From Chrysemys picta bellii (taxonomy: Eukaryota), in contig NC_088799.1 in NCBI RefSeq assembly GCF_011386835.1, positions 24,180,001 to 24,244,000 on the forward strand: 64,000 nucleotides of DNA, given 5' to 3'. Position 1 is the first letter of the stretch. Each line of letters opens with the position of its first letter. This document shows, piece by piece, positions 38,467 to 50,646 of the stretch. The translations under genes and the position numbers were made by a program. The notes under the pieces are model-generated. The model was not told the DNA's origin and ran no database searches. It was given only the letters and a program-made list of their open reading frames with translations.

Positions 38467-41400
38467 TTTTAGTGGCCAACACAGTCCACAGACGGTGAGG
38501 TTAGAACAAATAGCGTATTACAAAGATAAAGGAAATGATGGAAGTCCAAGAAGTCATGCCTGTGTGAGGAAGGACTTAGAGGAGAAATACTTATTGAAAC
38601 CAAGTAAAAGATACTGCATTTGTGCCTAAGCAATGACTCTTTTGGAGGAACAGAGCAGGACAGAGGATTGCCAGACAGGAAAACTAATGGCTGCTAAGTC
38701 AGCCAAGTGCACCTCTTATCTTAGGATGCTGATTAAAGGGTAGCTTTCAGTCAACAGAAAGAGGTGGGTACTTTTGGTATTAGTGGTATTATGAATGTGA
38801 TTCAGTTTGAAAATATATCATACTGGAACAGAGGTCACAAGCTGAGACATAAAACTTGATTGCACAGGTGCAGGAAATCTGTAGGAAACACTCAATGAAT
38901 TCTTGCTGATCATATTAAAATAACCGAGTTTCATCTTTAAACTGATTTGAAGAGAGGAGCATTTGACAGGATTTGTTCCTAATGCAATAGAAAAAAATAT
39001 CACTGATACGGATTTTCTGTTCTAAAAGCAGGATAGATGCACTGCTAGCTCACATTCTGCAGCTGGCTGGAATAAAATAAGTAGTTCTAAAATATCAGTA
39101 GTCTAGATTTTATGTTCTGTGATTTACTCAGTCATGTTAAAAAGGGAAAGAACAGAAAAAGCATATTAAAGTCCACGTCAGGGACATATGGTTTATGTTA
39201 TGTTATATGGGTGTGGACCCTAGCAACTGCCACACTGGACACCATATTTTATACGGTCTCTAAGATAGTTCAAATTGTGCAAACTTCATTGGGATAGTAT
39301 ATTTCACCAAAAAGGTGACATCTGTTTAATCACAGATGGGATTTTCATAGCTCTCCCAGAAGATGTATTCTAGTTCATATTTCTTCTTGGCACAATTGTT
39401 AAAGTTGGAAATTGATAACCCTAGCCTAAAAATCTTTAGCTATACAGTATTTTTAATTAAAACTATATCATTATACAAGATGTGAGCAATTGTCATAACA
39501 AAGGACAGAGTCATATAGTGGACTATTAGAGGTACAGAAATGTTCTAATGTAAATGCTGTGTGATCGCAAACATGATTCTACTCAATCTGTTCACTACAT
39601 AAGCCTCTTCAATTTCAGTTTTTAAGTTGTTTAAAATTTCCCAGGAATTCATCAGATTTTTCAAAGTTTTGGCCCAAGCGAGGGGTCATGGGGGCGTCAT
39701 TTGAGCTCCCCGCCTCAGGTGCCAAAATGTTGTGGGCCGGCCCTGACTGGCAGGCTGTAGCTTTAAGTAGAGCCTTGGTTGGAACAAAACTCCATAAAAG
39801 TTGTGTGTTCATTTTCAATTGTGTCATATTTGTATGACAAAAAATAAATCAGGAAACGAGTCCAAGGTGTTTGGTCAAAACTACTGGAGTTTATTGCTTT
39901 TCCCTAAGGGCCTGACTGCAGTGTACTGAGCACCGCCTGTAAGAGCTGAATGCTCTCAACTCTGAAACCCCGGGGAATAGAGGACACTTAGCAGGAGCTC
40001 AGCACCTGGCAGAATTACTTCCTATGTACTTCGATTTCACTACATAACATTTTTTATTGAGCCATGAGCAGCCTCATGTTGATCTCCTGAATGTTTCAGT
40101 AAATAAATTCTGAATAACTGCAAGAGTCCAACTATTCCAGAAACATGTAACCTTTTAGGACTTTTATGACCCTTCTGCATGAGGTTTTTTTTTTTTTTTT
40201 TTTCTGACTGCACATAAGTGATATGTGTAGGATTGAGCACTCCTTCTGTTGTTTGAAATTACTCCCATGAAAAGAAAAACTCAACAGTAGCCGTTTCCTT
40301 TCTGAACACCTTTGCCTTTGGTTCAAAACAAAGTCACATCCAATACAGGGTCCAGTCACAACCCTGCAAGACTTACTCTCATCAGCAGTCCCTATTCATG
40401 TAAGTAATGCCATTGAAATTAATGAGACTACAGTCCTAAGGACTGCTCTCATAAGGTCTATTTGCATGAGGAAGGATTTGCAAAATCAGACCTATAGTTT
40501 TGATATTAATCACTGTCTGAGAGAAATGGATCTGTGCAAAAAATGTAATTTACATTTCTGGTGAAACAGTTAAAAAAAATGTTGTGGGCCAGCCCTGACT
40601 GGCAGGCTGTAGCTTTAAGTAGAACTTAATCATTTTTCACTGATTTTGCCAAAACTGGAACATAGTGCAAGGTTATTCCTCCTCTTCTGTGTTTTGCTAT
40701 TTTCCTAACCCAATTTATTTTTTAGAAACAATAATCTCTTTTTCCCTGTAAAAATTGTGAATTTTCATCTGGGGCATGTCTTAGAAAATTGTCATTTTTC
40801 CTCCAGGGTAGAATTTTAATATTTTTCTTTCTACTAAAGTTTGTTTGCTAGTATAACTGGCAAGTTTTTGCCCATCAACTAGTTCCCACATTGTCACAAA
40901 CCTACGAAAAACCTCCAAGCTTGCATATGGCCAAGCCATTATTGCTTATGTATGCAAAAGGAGAAAGGAAGACTAGTTTTAGGCCATATGTCATAATCTT
41001 CATTAGCATCTGGTAAAGAAATGCCGACCTATAGCTAAAATTCTAACACTTTGTCCTTTACTCAAACCATCATAGAAAATCAGAGACACAACAGCATAAG
41101 GAAACTTTGGAAGATCAGCCGAGACTTGTTGCCTGAATTACTCTTCACCTCTTAGTCCCTGATCATGCAAGCAGATCCAGTTGCAGGATCAGGACCTTAG
41201 TTCAGTCTTGTCTAAACTACAAAATATCTCCCATCCTGAGAGGGTTTTTATGCACAGTTCTTGAAAATCTTTTCAGTTAACAGTTCATTTTGTCTGTCTA
41301 TGCATTTATGCCATGCACATCATTCCTGGTGTCTGAGTGCCTTCATGTAGGACTATATAGTGAAATAGTGAGAGACCCTTAATAATAATGTGATGAATCC

Positions 41401-42454
41401 TGCACATAGCACTCTCAAAAATTTAATGCAGAGCTAAGGTTGTGTAGTGAGTGACAATTGCATATTTCCTGGTTTTCAGACATTTAAGTTTGTTTTTCCA
41501 TAATTCTTTATTTCTTGGTTTTCAGAGGTTTAAGTGGAGGTGCATTTCACATTCTAGAATGGTACAAGTCACTGACGACCAGCCTTAACTCTGCATTAAT
41601 GAAGGTTTTGGGCAGTGAATGTTGTTTTTTGAAGCAGTGGTGGTAGTGAGGGAGGCATGGTTGAGGGGCGTTGTGTGTGTCTGAAGGAGGAGTGAGGATT
41701 GATGGCTTTCCCTGGGAACACCACACGACAACTCAGACCCAGCTCTGCCCACCTCCTGGGCCCTCCATAACCCAGTAGGACTGGAGGGCCATGGGGAGGA
41801 GGGAATGTGATAACCGATGGACTGTGAGGAGCAGAGCTACCTGCAAAGGCAGCAGGGGGAAGGTAAGAGAGCTTCAGACTCTACTCCACTCTTGGGGAGG
41901 GGAGGGAGGCTAATGTAAGGGGAAAGGCCTTTTCAGCCTAGGAGGATTTCAGAGTTGTAACATACCCCATTCATCTCAATGGAATGTTCTCAGCTGAATA
42001 AAAATATAGGGATGAATATAGCCTGGCCCAGTAGCTCAGAGAGATTTGAACTGACCCATTCATCTCAATGGTGTTCTCTGCCCGCCTCTCCTAAAGTCTA
42101 CTCCAGCTCTGCTGTTGAATACCAGTTTTCAAAACAATCTTTGTATACAGATGGATTTTAGAGCAATTTGAATATTAAAATATAAAAATCCTTATTGGAG
42201 GGGCAGTCTGTAGCTGATGTATTTGAACACCTGGACAAAATGACTCCAATTTGCACAACCAAGAACACCCTTTCCCTGATAATCTCACCATGCTTGTGAA
42301 TTTTACAGCATTTTGAAAATTAAAAGAAGCTCATTTTGTGGGGATCTGGAATTTAGGAACCCCATGATCAGTGATACCAAATTTGTACCACAAATGCCAG
42401 CCCTGGTTGCCACATATCAGTTTTTTAGGCAATTAAGTGGATCTTAGAGCACTT

Positions 42455-43572
42455 TAAAAAGCAACAGAGGGTCCTGTGGCACCTTTGAGACTAACAGAAG
42501 TATTGGGAGCATAAGCTTTCGTGGGTAAGAACCTCACTTCTTCAGATGCAAGTAATGGAAATCTCTAGAGGCAGGTATATATCAGTGTGGAGATAACGAG
42601 GTTAGTTCAATCAGGGAGGGTGAGATGCTCTGCTAGCAGTTGAGGTGTGAACACCAAGAGAGGAGAAACTGTTTCTGTAGTTGGATAGCCATTCACAGTC
42701 TTTGTTTAATCCTGATCTGATGGTGTCAAATTTGCAAATGAACTGGAGCTCAGCAGTTTCTCTTTGGAGTCTGGTCCTGAAGTTTTTTTGCTGTAAGATG
42801 GCAACCTTTACATCTGCTATTGTGTGGCCAGGGAGGTTGAAGTGTTCTCCTACAGGTTTTTGTATATTGCCATTCCTGATATCTGACTTGTGTCCATTTA
42901 TCCTCTTGCGTAGTGACTGTCCAGTTTGGCCAATGTACATAGCAGAGGGGCATTGCTGGCATATGATGGCATATATAACATTAGTGGACGTGCAGGTGAA
43001 TGAGCCGGTGATGTTGTAGCTCAGCTACAATATGCCAGCAATGCCCCTCTGCTATGTACATTGGCCAAACTGGACAGTCACTACGCAAGAGGATAAATGG
43101 ACACAAGTCAGATATCAGGAATGGCAATATACAAAAACCTGTAGGAGAACACTTCAACCTCCCTGGCCACACAATAGCAGATGTAAAGGTTGCCATCTTA
43201 CAGCAAAAAAACTTCAGGACCAGACTCCAAAGAGAAACTGCTGAGCTCCAGTTCATTTGCAAATTTGACACCATCAGATCAGGATTAAACAAAGACTGTG
43301 AATGGCTATCCAACTACAGAAACAGTTTCTCCTCTCTTGGTGTTCACACCTCAACTGCTAGCAGAGCATCTCACCCTCCCTGATTGAACTAACCTCGTTA
43401 TCTCCACACTGATATATACCTGCCTCTAGAGATTTCCATTACTTGCATCTGAAGAAGTGAGGTTCTTACCCACGAAAGCTTATGCTCCCAATACTTCTGT
43501 TAGTCTCAAAGGTGCCACAGGACCCTCTGTTGCTTTTTACAGATTCAGACTAACACGGCTACCCCTCTGATA
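42455..43572. mobile_element. Fold-back Penelope-like (Neptune-type) retroelement encoding a GIY-YIG endonuclease C-terminus, with two hammerhead motifs
   Basis: Identical mirror ORFs at 42611-42940 (-) and 43054-43383 (+): YIGQTGQSLRKRINGHKSDI...VGEHFN...RETAELQFI. The left arm extends to NVIYAIICQQCPSAMYIG. Arms 42455-42963 / 43031-43539; TSD cttagagcactt(t) at 42443 and 43573. Confidence 0.95.
43445..43485 (+). ncRNA. Minimal type I hammerhead ribozyme motif (mirror copy on minus strand at 42509-42549)
   Basis: gcat-CTGAAGA-agtgaggttcttacccac-GAAA-gcttatgc: core CUGANGA/GAAA, helix II gtg...cac, palindromic AAGCTT at helix III, predicted UUA cleavage triplet, helix I gca/tgc. Confidence 0.75.
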
Positions 43573-44652
43573 CTTAGAGCACTTTGAAAATTATAAGCAA
43601 CTCATTTTTGTTTGGGGGGCAGGGGAGCCTATTTCCCAGGAACCTTTTAACCAAATGACCCCAGATTTGCATCACAGATTGTACCCAGATCCCTGTTGTG
43701 CATGTGAAGACACCTCTCCAGCATTAAGCTACCAGCTCTCTATACACAGGCTCCACTCTCCTTCTAGTCCTGGTAAGCTTGGAGAGGTCATAGAGAGGAG
43801 GGAAGTTGGTGGGTCTGCCTTCTTACCTGCCACAGAGTAGCACTCCCACAGTACATGTGCAAATCATTCTCCAGTGCATCACCCAGGCTTGGGCCAGCTC
43901 GTAGATTTAACTTTAATCCTAATTTTTTTTTTAAATATTGCTTCCCTAAAGGGGCAGTGGGTGCCAGATTCTAGCCGACTTGAAACCTGCCCTGGTGATA
44001 TTAGTTTGGAGTAGATCAATGCCCTAGTTTGATCTGCGGGTGTATGCAAAACATGTTATAAGAACTATCATTTTGATATCACATGATGTTTTTTAGGGGA
44101 TGTTGTATCTCAGGAACATGTTGCTGAAACAACCACAGGTTTGGATCATTAACCCTACACAGAGCCCCCAACGAGACAAAGGAAATTTCAAGGAAATCAG
44201 AGTATGCCTGTGGGTTTTAGAGTACTTAGAAAAATCAGCTCTTAAAGAGTAAGCGGGTCTCAACCTTAACTATAGTGGTGCTACCAGCTTAGTACACTCT
44301 GCAGATGCAGACAGCAATAAAGGTAGTGAAACAGAAGGGTTCTGCTCTGCCAAACCCACCCCCTCATACAAGACAAACGCTATCATAGAGGCCACTGCAG
44401 CTCTAGAGGCTCCAAAAGGGCCACTAAGTGGTGTACTGACATTTCAACCTTAAGTGGAGGATTTTGTCTAACGGACCCTTGCAAAGCAGTATTGTGTAAA
44501 GCCCATTTACTCAAGTTGTGCACAGAGGAGAATATTTAGCCCATGGTTCAACAGCAATCGTCTCCCTATATGTGTAAAATTCCCAAGAGTTCTGTGCTTT
44601 CTCTGAAAACAAAATATTTCTATACATACCAAAAGTACAGAATATCAGTGCC

Positions 44653-45479
44653 TAGGGTTACCATATCTAATAAATAAAAAAAGAGGACCCTCCACGGGCC
44701 CTGGCGCCGCCCATTTCCCCACCCCTAGCCCCGCCCCAACTCTGCCCCTCCCCGCCCCAACTCCGCCCCCTCCTCCCTCCCACTCCCAGCCACGCGGAAA
44801 GGGCTGCCCGAGCGCTACCGGCTTCACGATTTGCCGGGCAGCCCCCAGACCCTGCGCCCCCGGCCGGCGCTGCCCCAGCGCAGCTGGAGCCCGGGAGGGG
44901 AAGTGCCCAGCCGGGGGCGCAGGGTCTGGAGGCTGCCCGGCAAACCGTGAAGCCGGTAGCGCTCGGGCTTTGGGCAGCCCCTATGCCTCCGGACCCTGCG
45001 CCCCCAGCCGGGCACTTCCCCTCCCGGACTCCGGCGGCGCAGGGTCCGGAGGCACGGGGGCTGCCCGAAGCCGGTAGCGCTCGGGCAGCCCGGCTCTTAA
45101 ACAGAGCCGAAGAGTCGGGGAGGAGCAGAGCCGCCGCGGCCGGAGGCTCTGCTCCTCCCCTGACTCTTCGGCTCTGTTTAAGAGCCGAGCTGCCTGAGTG
45201 CTACCGGCTTCGGGCAGCCCCCGTGCCTCCGGACCCTGCGCCGCCGGAGCCCGGGAGGGGAAGTGCCCGGCCGGCAGCTGGGGTCCGGAGGCAAGGGGGC
45301 TGCCTGAAGCCCATAGCGCTCGGGCAGCTCGGCTCTTAAAGAGAGCCAAAGAGTCAGGGGAGGAGCAGAGCCGCCATTTTCCCGGACATGTTCGGCTTTT
45401 TGGCAATTCCCCCCGGACAGGGGTTTGACTGCCGAAAAGCTGGACATGTCCGGGAAAAAGAGGACATATGGTAACCCTA
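44653..45479. mobile_element. Young CpG-rich hAT MITE with internal palindrome
   Basis: Perfect TIRs tagggttaccata / tatggtaacccta; perfect 8-bp TSD tcagtgcc (44645-44652, 45480-45487). Confidence 0.95.
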
Positions 45480-47287
45480 TCAGTGCCAACATCAGCCATT
45501 TTGACCCAAGACCAGAATTTTGCCTAGTGATATAAATGTTAATGCTGTCAGCTCTGTTATTTATGGAAAGTAGGCCTCCTCTTAAGTTGTAAAATACCAG
45601 GAATAGCAGTAAGCATTCTGGAAATGCAGAGATTATCTGTACTACTGTGCTACTCTCCTACTTTCTTTGAATCTCTAAACTGGAAACATTTCAAAGTGTT
45701 TTACGAGGACTCTTATTTCCTACATGGGATTTGTTTTGTCTATTTCATGGTCTTGTTTATCTGTGTTAAATGTAGGCTGCAGGCACAATCAATGTTGGAT
45801 TAAAAAGCAAAATTTTCTGAGACTTGTGATTAATAGTAAATCAGTTAGCTCTTTAGGACATTTGCATCTGTTTGCCTTAATGTGAATCTTTATTTCTCAA
45901 TGCCCAAGAATGACTGTCATCAGTATGACAGCCTAAAAAAAGCTAAGTCCTTACCAGACTTGAACATTCCTTTAATTATAGAGGCAGCAATACTAGTGAC
46001 TCCATAATTAATATTACTTGGAAGTTTTCACTCAGAGTTAAGTGCTCCTTAGGTGTGAAAAACTTTCTGGCAGTGGAGCTGATGTAGTTCTGATATGCAA
46101 AGGAGGGGTAGGATTCACAGGGGCCTGTGCAGAGGTTGCTCCCTAGACTGGGTGAGCATTCCTTCTCTTCCCACTGACCAGCCCCATGCACAGATATCTA
46201 TTGCCCAGCCTGTTGCTTGGGCTGTATGTTCTGGATGGGAGGATTTGGGCCTTAAGTTATGCATGTGCTACAGATCATCAAAATAAAACTATGTCCAAAC
46301 ACACCAGAACTTTTCAGTTCTGATTTGAATCTAAACTTGGTGAGTGTCTCTTCCCAGTCCCTGTAGTAGACCAAATGATCCGCCGCAGATCTGACTGTTG
46401 TGATGTAGGTCCATATATCATCCAGTATTTCCAGTCTGTCACTTGGGCCTGTACTCTCAACGTGAGACTTTTCCCCATTCTGTCAATGTTATTTTCATGT
46501 ATTAAAAAATGTTTTATAGTGATTATTTCAAGCTATGAAGGCATTTCCCTTTGTTCCCTTTTATACAATACCTTTTTCACAGATTCTGATTACACTTGCT
46601 TGGTTATGCCTATATAAACACTTGGGAACAGAAAGAGATAATTTCTGCAGGTAGCAGAGTACTGTGAATATTGCTTCTCAAGCTCTCCAAACATCCTGTA
46701 TCATTTCAGTGTTGGTTTCGCTCTATTAAGATGATGAAATATTTTTTACAGCCTGATAACGTATACTGTTCTAGTTTAATTCAAAAGCTCATGATAACTC
46801 CACGACCATGGAAAAGAGCCTTGAGGTTAATAGTTTGTACATAAAAGCTTTCTGCATTGATAAGACTTTTGGTTTTCAATTTTTACTGAAAAGGTCCCAG
46901 GTTTTACAAAAACTATTACTCAGTTTTTAGTGATTTTCACCCGAATTTTGGACTATTTAAGTACATGAAAATACTGATTATGCTAAGAAAATCCAATACA
47001 TTACATTAGATTGCTGTGTTTATGTTAATCATAAATTAATCTAAGTGCAAATGTGAGGTTGTCTGTTAAAGAAATGCAATGTCATGGAATGGAATCAATT
47101 CTGCCTTCTTCCTGTTCTACTCCTCTCATGGTACTGCTCTGCTACCTACCCCAATAAAGGAGAACTAACAACTTAAAATGCCTTGTTCAAAAATGTTAAG
47201 TAACACTTAACTTCCAAACGTCTGAACAGCAAATGTAACTTTTCTTCGCTGTATAGAAAACACTGGCATTTTTATCTGTTTGAATAA

Positions 47288-50200
47288 TCAAAGTGGTGCT
47301 TTCTGTGCCTTCTTGGTTGCAAAGATTTGAACTGCTTCCTGAAGGTCCACAGTCTGGGCCAGCTCAAGCTCTATCGAGATGGTTGCAAGGCCAACCAGCC
47401 TCTCCTGTGTCATTGTGGAGCGTAGATGTGTTTTTATTAACTTCAGCTTGGAGAAGCTGCGTTCTCCACTGGCAGCTGTTACAGGAAGTGTTAGAAGTAT
47501 GCGCAGAGCAACAAAAGCATTTGGAAAGAGGGTGGTCAACTTATTTGTGCACATATATTCCAGAACAGCCTTTGGAGTTGATTGTGCTGAAATGTATATT
47601 GAAAGGGCTTTCAGTTCATCACCTAAATCACTCGCATCAATATCGTGCATGTCATCATGTGTCAACACTGTCTCTAGTGCCATGCATTGCTGGTCTTCTT
47701 TAGGTATAGTAAGGAGTTTTGGAATATCATACAACATCCAAATATACTGCTGTGTTCCTTGAGCTGCATTAAACGTTCTTCAAATGACTGTATTGCACAA
47801 TCTAGCACCTGGTTAAAGAATTCAACTTTGAATTGTTGTTCGGGGTCTCTTATGGGAATATCCCGTGCCTCGTAATCAAAATGTCTTCTTCTTCTTCGGT
47901 GACTCTTGTATTCTTGAATGGGTGGAAAAATAACTTCAGTGTGAAGTTCCTCTGCCAACTTCTGTGCACTCTTCAGAACATTTTGAAATCCCTCATCTGA
48001 CTGGTAAGACTATGGGTAGGACTTTGCTTTGTCCAGTTGTTCCATTGCTCCAGATATATCAAGGTCAACACCTTGGAGTCTCTTGCTTACAACATTTATT
48101 TCAAACAGTATGTCATGCCACTACACTAAGCCACACAGAAATTTGAAGTGATGTATGTTTCTGGTGAGTCCATTTCCCTCTGCCACTGTTCTCCCACGAA
48201 CAGTTCCTGTCATAGCATTATCCTCCATAATGGCAACTATGGCATCATCTATCTTCCCAATTTGGTGTTTGATAGGCTTTATCGCCTCCACTCGACTTTC
48301 CCATCGTGTGGCACTCGGTGGTTTCAGTGTCAGAGAGGATGTTCCCAGATGTTGCTTCAAAATTTGCCATCGATGAGTCGAAGAGAAAAATATATAGATG
48401 CTTTGAATTACATTAAAAAATTCAGCAGCCTCACTAGAAGCTGATGCTGCATCACTGACCACCAAGTTCAATGAATGAGAACTGCATGGGACAAAAAAAG
48501 TTTGAGGGTTTAACTTTCAGATCCGTGTCTGCACTCCTCTGTTCTTTCCTCTCATGTTGGCACCGTTATTGTAGCCCTGACCTCTCATGTCCGCTATCAC
48601 AATTCCCGTATTTTCCAGCTTTTTAAGAAGCACATTTGTCATACCAGATCCTGTAGTATCATCAATGTCAATAAATTCTAGAAAATGCTCTTTGACAGTC
48701 ACCACTGCAGGGACATTTTCACTAGGTTCTGTTGTTGTTACAAAACGCACCATTAAAGTCATTTGTTACATATGGCTGATTGCCAGGTGTGCAGTCCAGA
48801 ATAACAGACTAATATCTTGCTGACTTCAGATCTGTCACAATCTTCTGTTTGACTTTTGTTGCCAGTAACTGTATGATCTCATTTTGAATTGTTTTTTCAA
48901 GGTAGTGGTGTATGTACATTTCTTGGGTGGTGACTCTTCTTAGATGCTCCTGGAGTACAGCATCAAACTCAGCCATCAGCTCCCCAATTTTAAGGAAGTT
49001 TCCATTGTTTGGCACATATAGCTGATCTGAAGTGCCACGCAGTGCTAGGTTTTGGGTAGCAAGCATTCTCACAATGGCCATGAGCCTTTTCAGAACATTT
49101 TGCCAGTAAAGAGACTCTGATGCAATCTTCTCTTGATACTGATCATCTATGGTGGCCTTTAACCTTAGTCTCATCTCAAGCTCTTTCCACCTATGGAATG
49201 CTCTCTGGTGATTTGCTGCCTTCTCATGGCATGCCAGATTTCTAGCCAGATTTTCCCAGTCCTTTGGTCCTGTAGAACCCAATGTGGCTGGAACATTAGA
49301 CTCGAAGAGTTTGCAACAAAAACAGTATGCAGCATTCTGGGTTTTTGAGTACATAAGCCATGGCCTCTCCACTTTGTCACCATTGGGGATTTCAAGCCAG
49401 TAATGTGTGGGGCGGAAACTTCTATTTTCATTGTCTTTGGGGAACATGAAATTTTTCACTTTCTGTGGCCCATGCAGTACAAGGAAGTCCCTTGGGCTAC
49501 TGCTCAAGTGGATCCACAGTCTTGGATCATCTAGACTTAGGGAACTAAACTCAGGAGCAGCTGTTTCTTGCGCCTCCACCACACTCTTCTCTGATCTACA
49601 ATTTTCTTCAGGAAGGTGCATGGTTACATCCATTTGATATGGAGATATGGATGCTGCAGTAGCTGCCAGGTCACCTGCACTCTGACTAACTGGAAGATCA
49701 GGCATCTCCTCACCATTCACATCCTCACTGGGGCCGGAAGGCTCACCATGAACATTTGTGTCTATGTATCTCAGGAAAGCTCCTTCCTGCTTAGATAGAA
49801 AAGCTTCCTTTGCTTTCTTTCTGTCATGAACATACAGCTAAGGGTAGCAGTAAATCCCTCCTTTACCTGTAAAGGGTTAAGAAGCTCAAATAACCTGGTT
49901 GGCACCTGACCAAAAGGACCAACAAGGGGAGAAGATACTTTCAAATCTAAGGGTGAAGGTTTTTGCTTTGTGCTCTGTGTGGGTGCTGTCTCCAAGACAA
50001 AGAGAGAGACCAAGCAAGTAATCCAGCTCCTACTGAAATGACACATCTAATATTACAGAAATAGTAAGTAATAGCAAGGAAATGCGTTAGATTATCCTTT
50101 GTTTTAGCTTGTGAATTTTCCCTGTGCTAAGAGGGAGGTTTATCCCTGTTTTTGTAACTTTGAAGTTTTGCCTAGAGGGGAAATCGTCTGTGTTTTAAAT

Positions 50201-50646
50201 CTTATTACCCTGTAAAATTACCTTCCATTCTGATTTTACAGAGGTGCTTCTTTTACTTTTTTTTTCTTTATTATAAAGTTCTGTTTTTTAAGAATCTGAT
50301 TGGTTTTTAGTGTACTAAAAACCCAAGGGTCTGGTCTGTGCTCACCTTGTTTACCTATCTGGTTGGTAGATTATTCTCAAGCCTCCCCAGGAAAGGGGGT
50401 GAAGGGGTTTGGGGGGATATTTTGGGGAAACAGGAACTCCAAGTGGTCCTTTTCCTGAATCTTTATCTAACTCATTTGGTGGTGGAAACAGTACTCATCC
50501 AAGGACAAGGAAGGATTTGTGCCTTGGGGAAGTTTTTAACCTAACCTGGTAGAAATAAACTTAGGGGGTCTTTCATGCGGGTCGCCACATCTGTACCCCA
50601 GAGTTTTGAATGCTGCCCCAGAGGGGCGTTTTCTTCTTTCACTCAT
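47288..50646 (-). pseudogene. Degraded hAT transposase (Tip100/ZMYM1-like, DUF4371 type), split by an LTR
   Basis: ATG at 50646 (MSERRKRPSGAAFK|RKKAKEAF...); TTF-type zinc finger (RPWLMYSKTQNAAYCFCCKLF); LATQNLALRG...GNFL; ILDCTP; GQGYNNGANM; CSSHSLNL; TRWESR; SGERSFSKLKLIKTHLRSTM. Several in-frame stops (e.g. 48809, 48517, 48121) and frameshifts. Confidence 0.9.
49822..50605. mobile_element. Solo LTR with one end clipped, nested in the hAT ORF
   Basis: Begins TGtcatgaac; its other end matches the reverse complement of the LTR at 63358 but lacks ~24 terminal nt; the flanks rejoin in frame in the transposase. Confidence 0.8.

Noticed and set aside
42455-43539. Possible assembly fold-back artefact
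   Set aside because: A flanking TSD, an asymmetric centre, an unpaired tail and a second copy with the same layout at 10.8 kb favour a real insertion; read-level confirmation is still needed.
47288-49720. Possible domesticated ZMYM1/ZBED-like host gene
   Set aside because: Multiple stops and frameshifts, an LTR insertion and a TIR-like end indicate a dead transposon.
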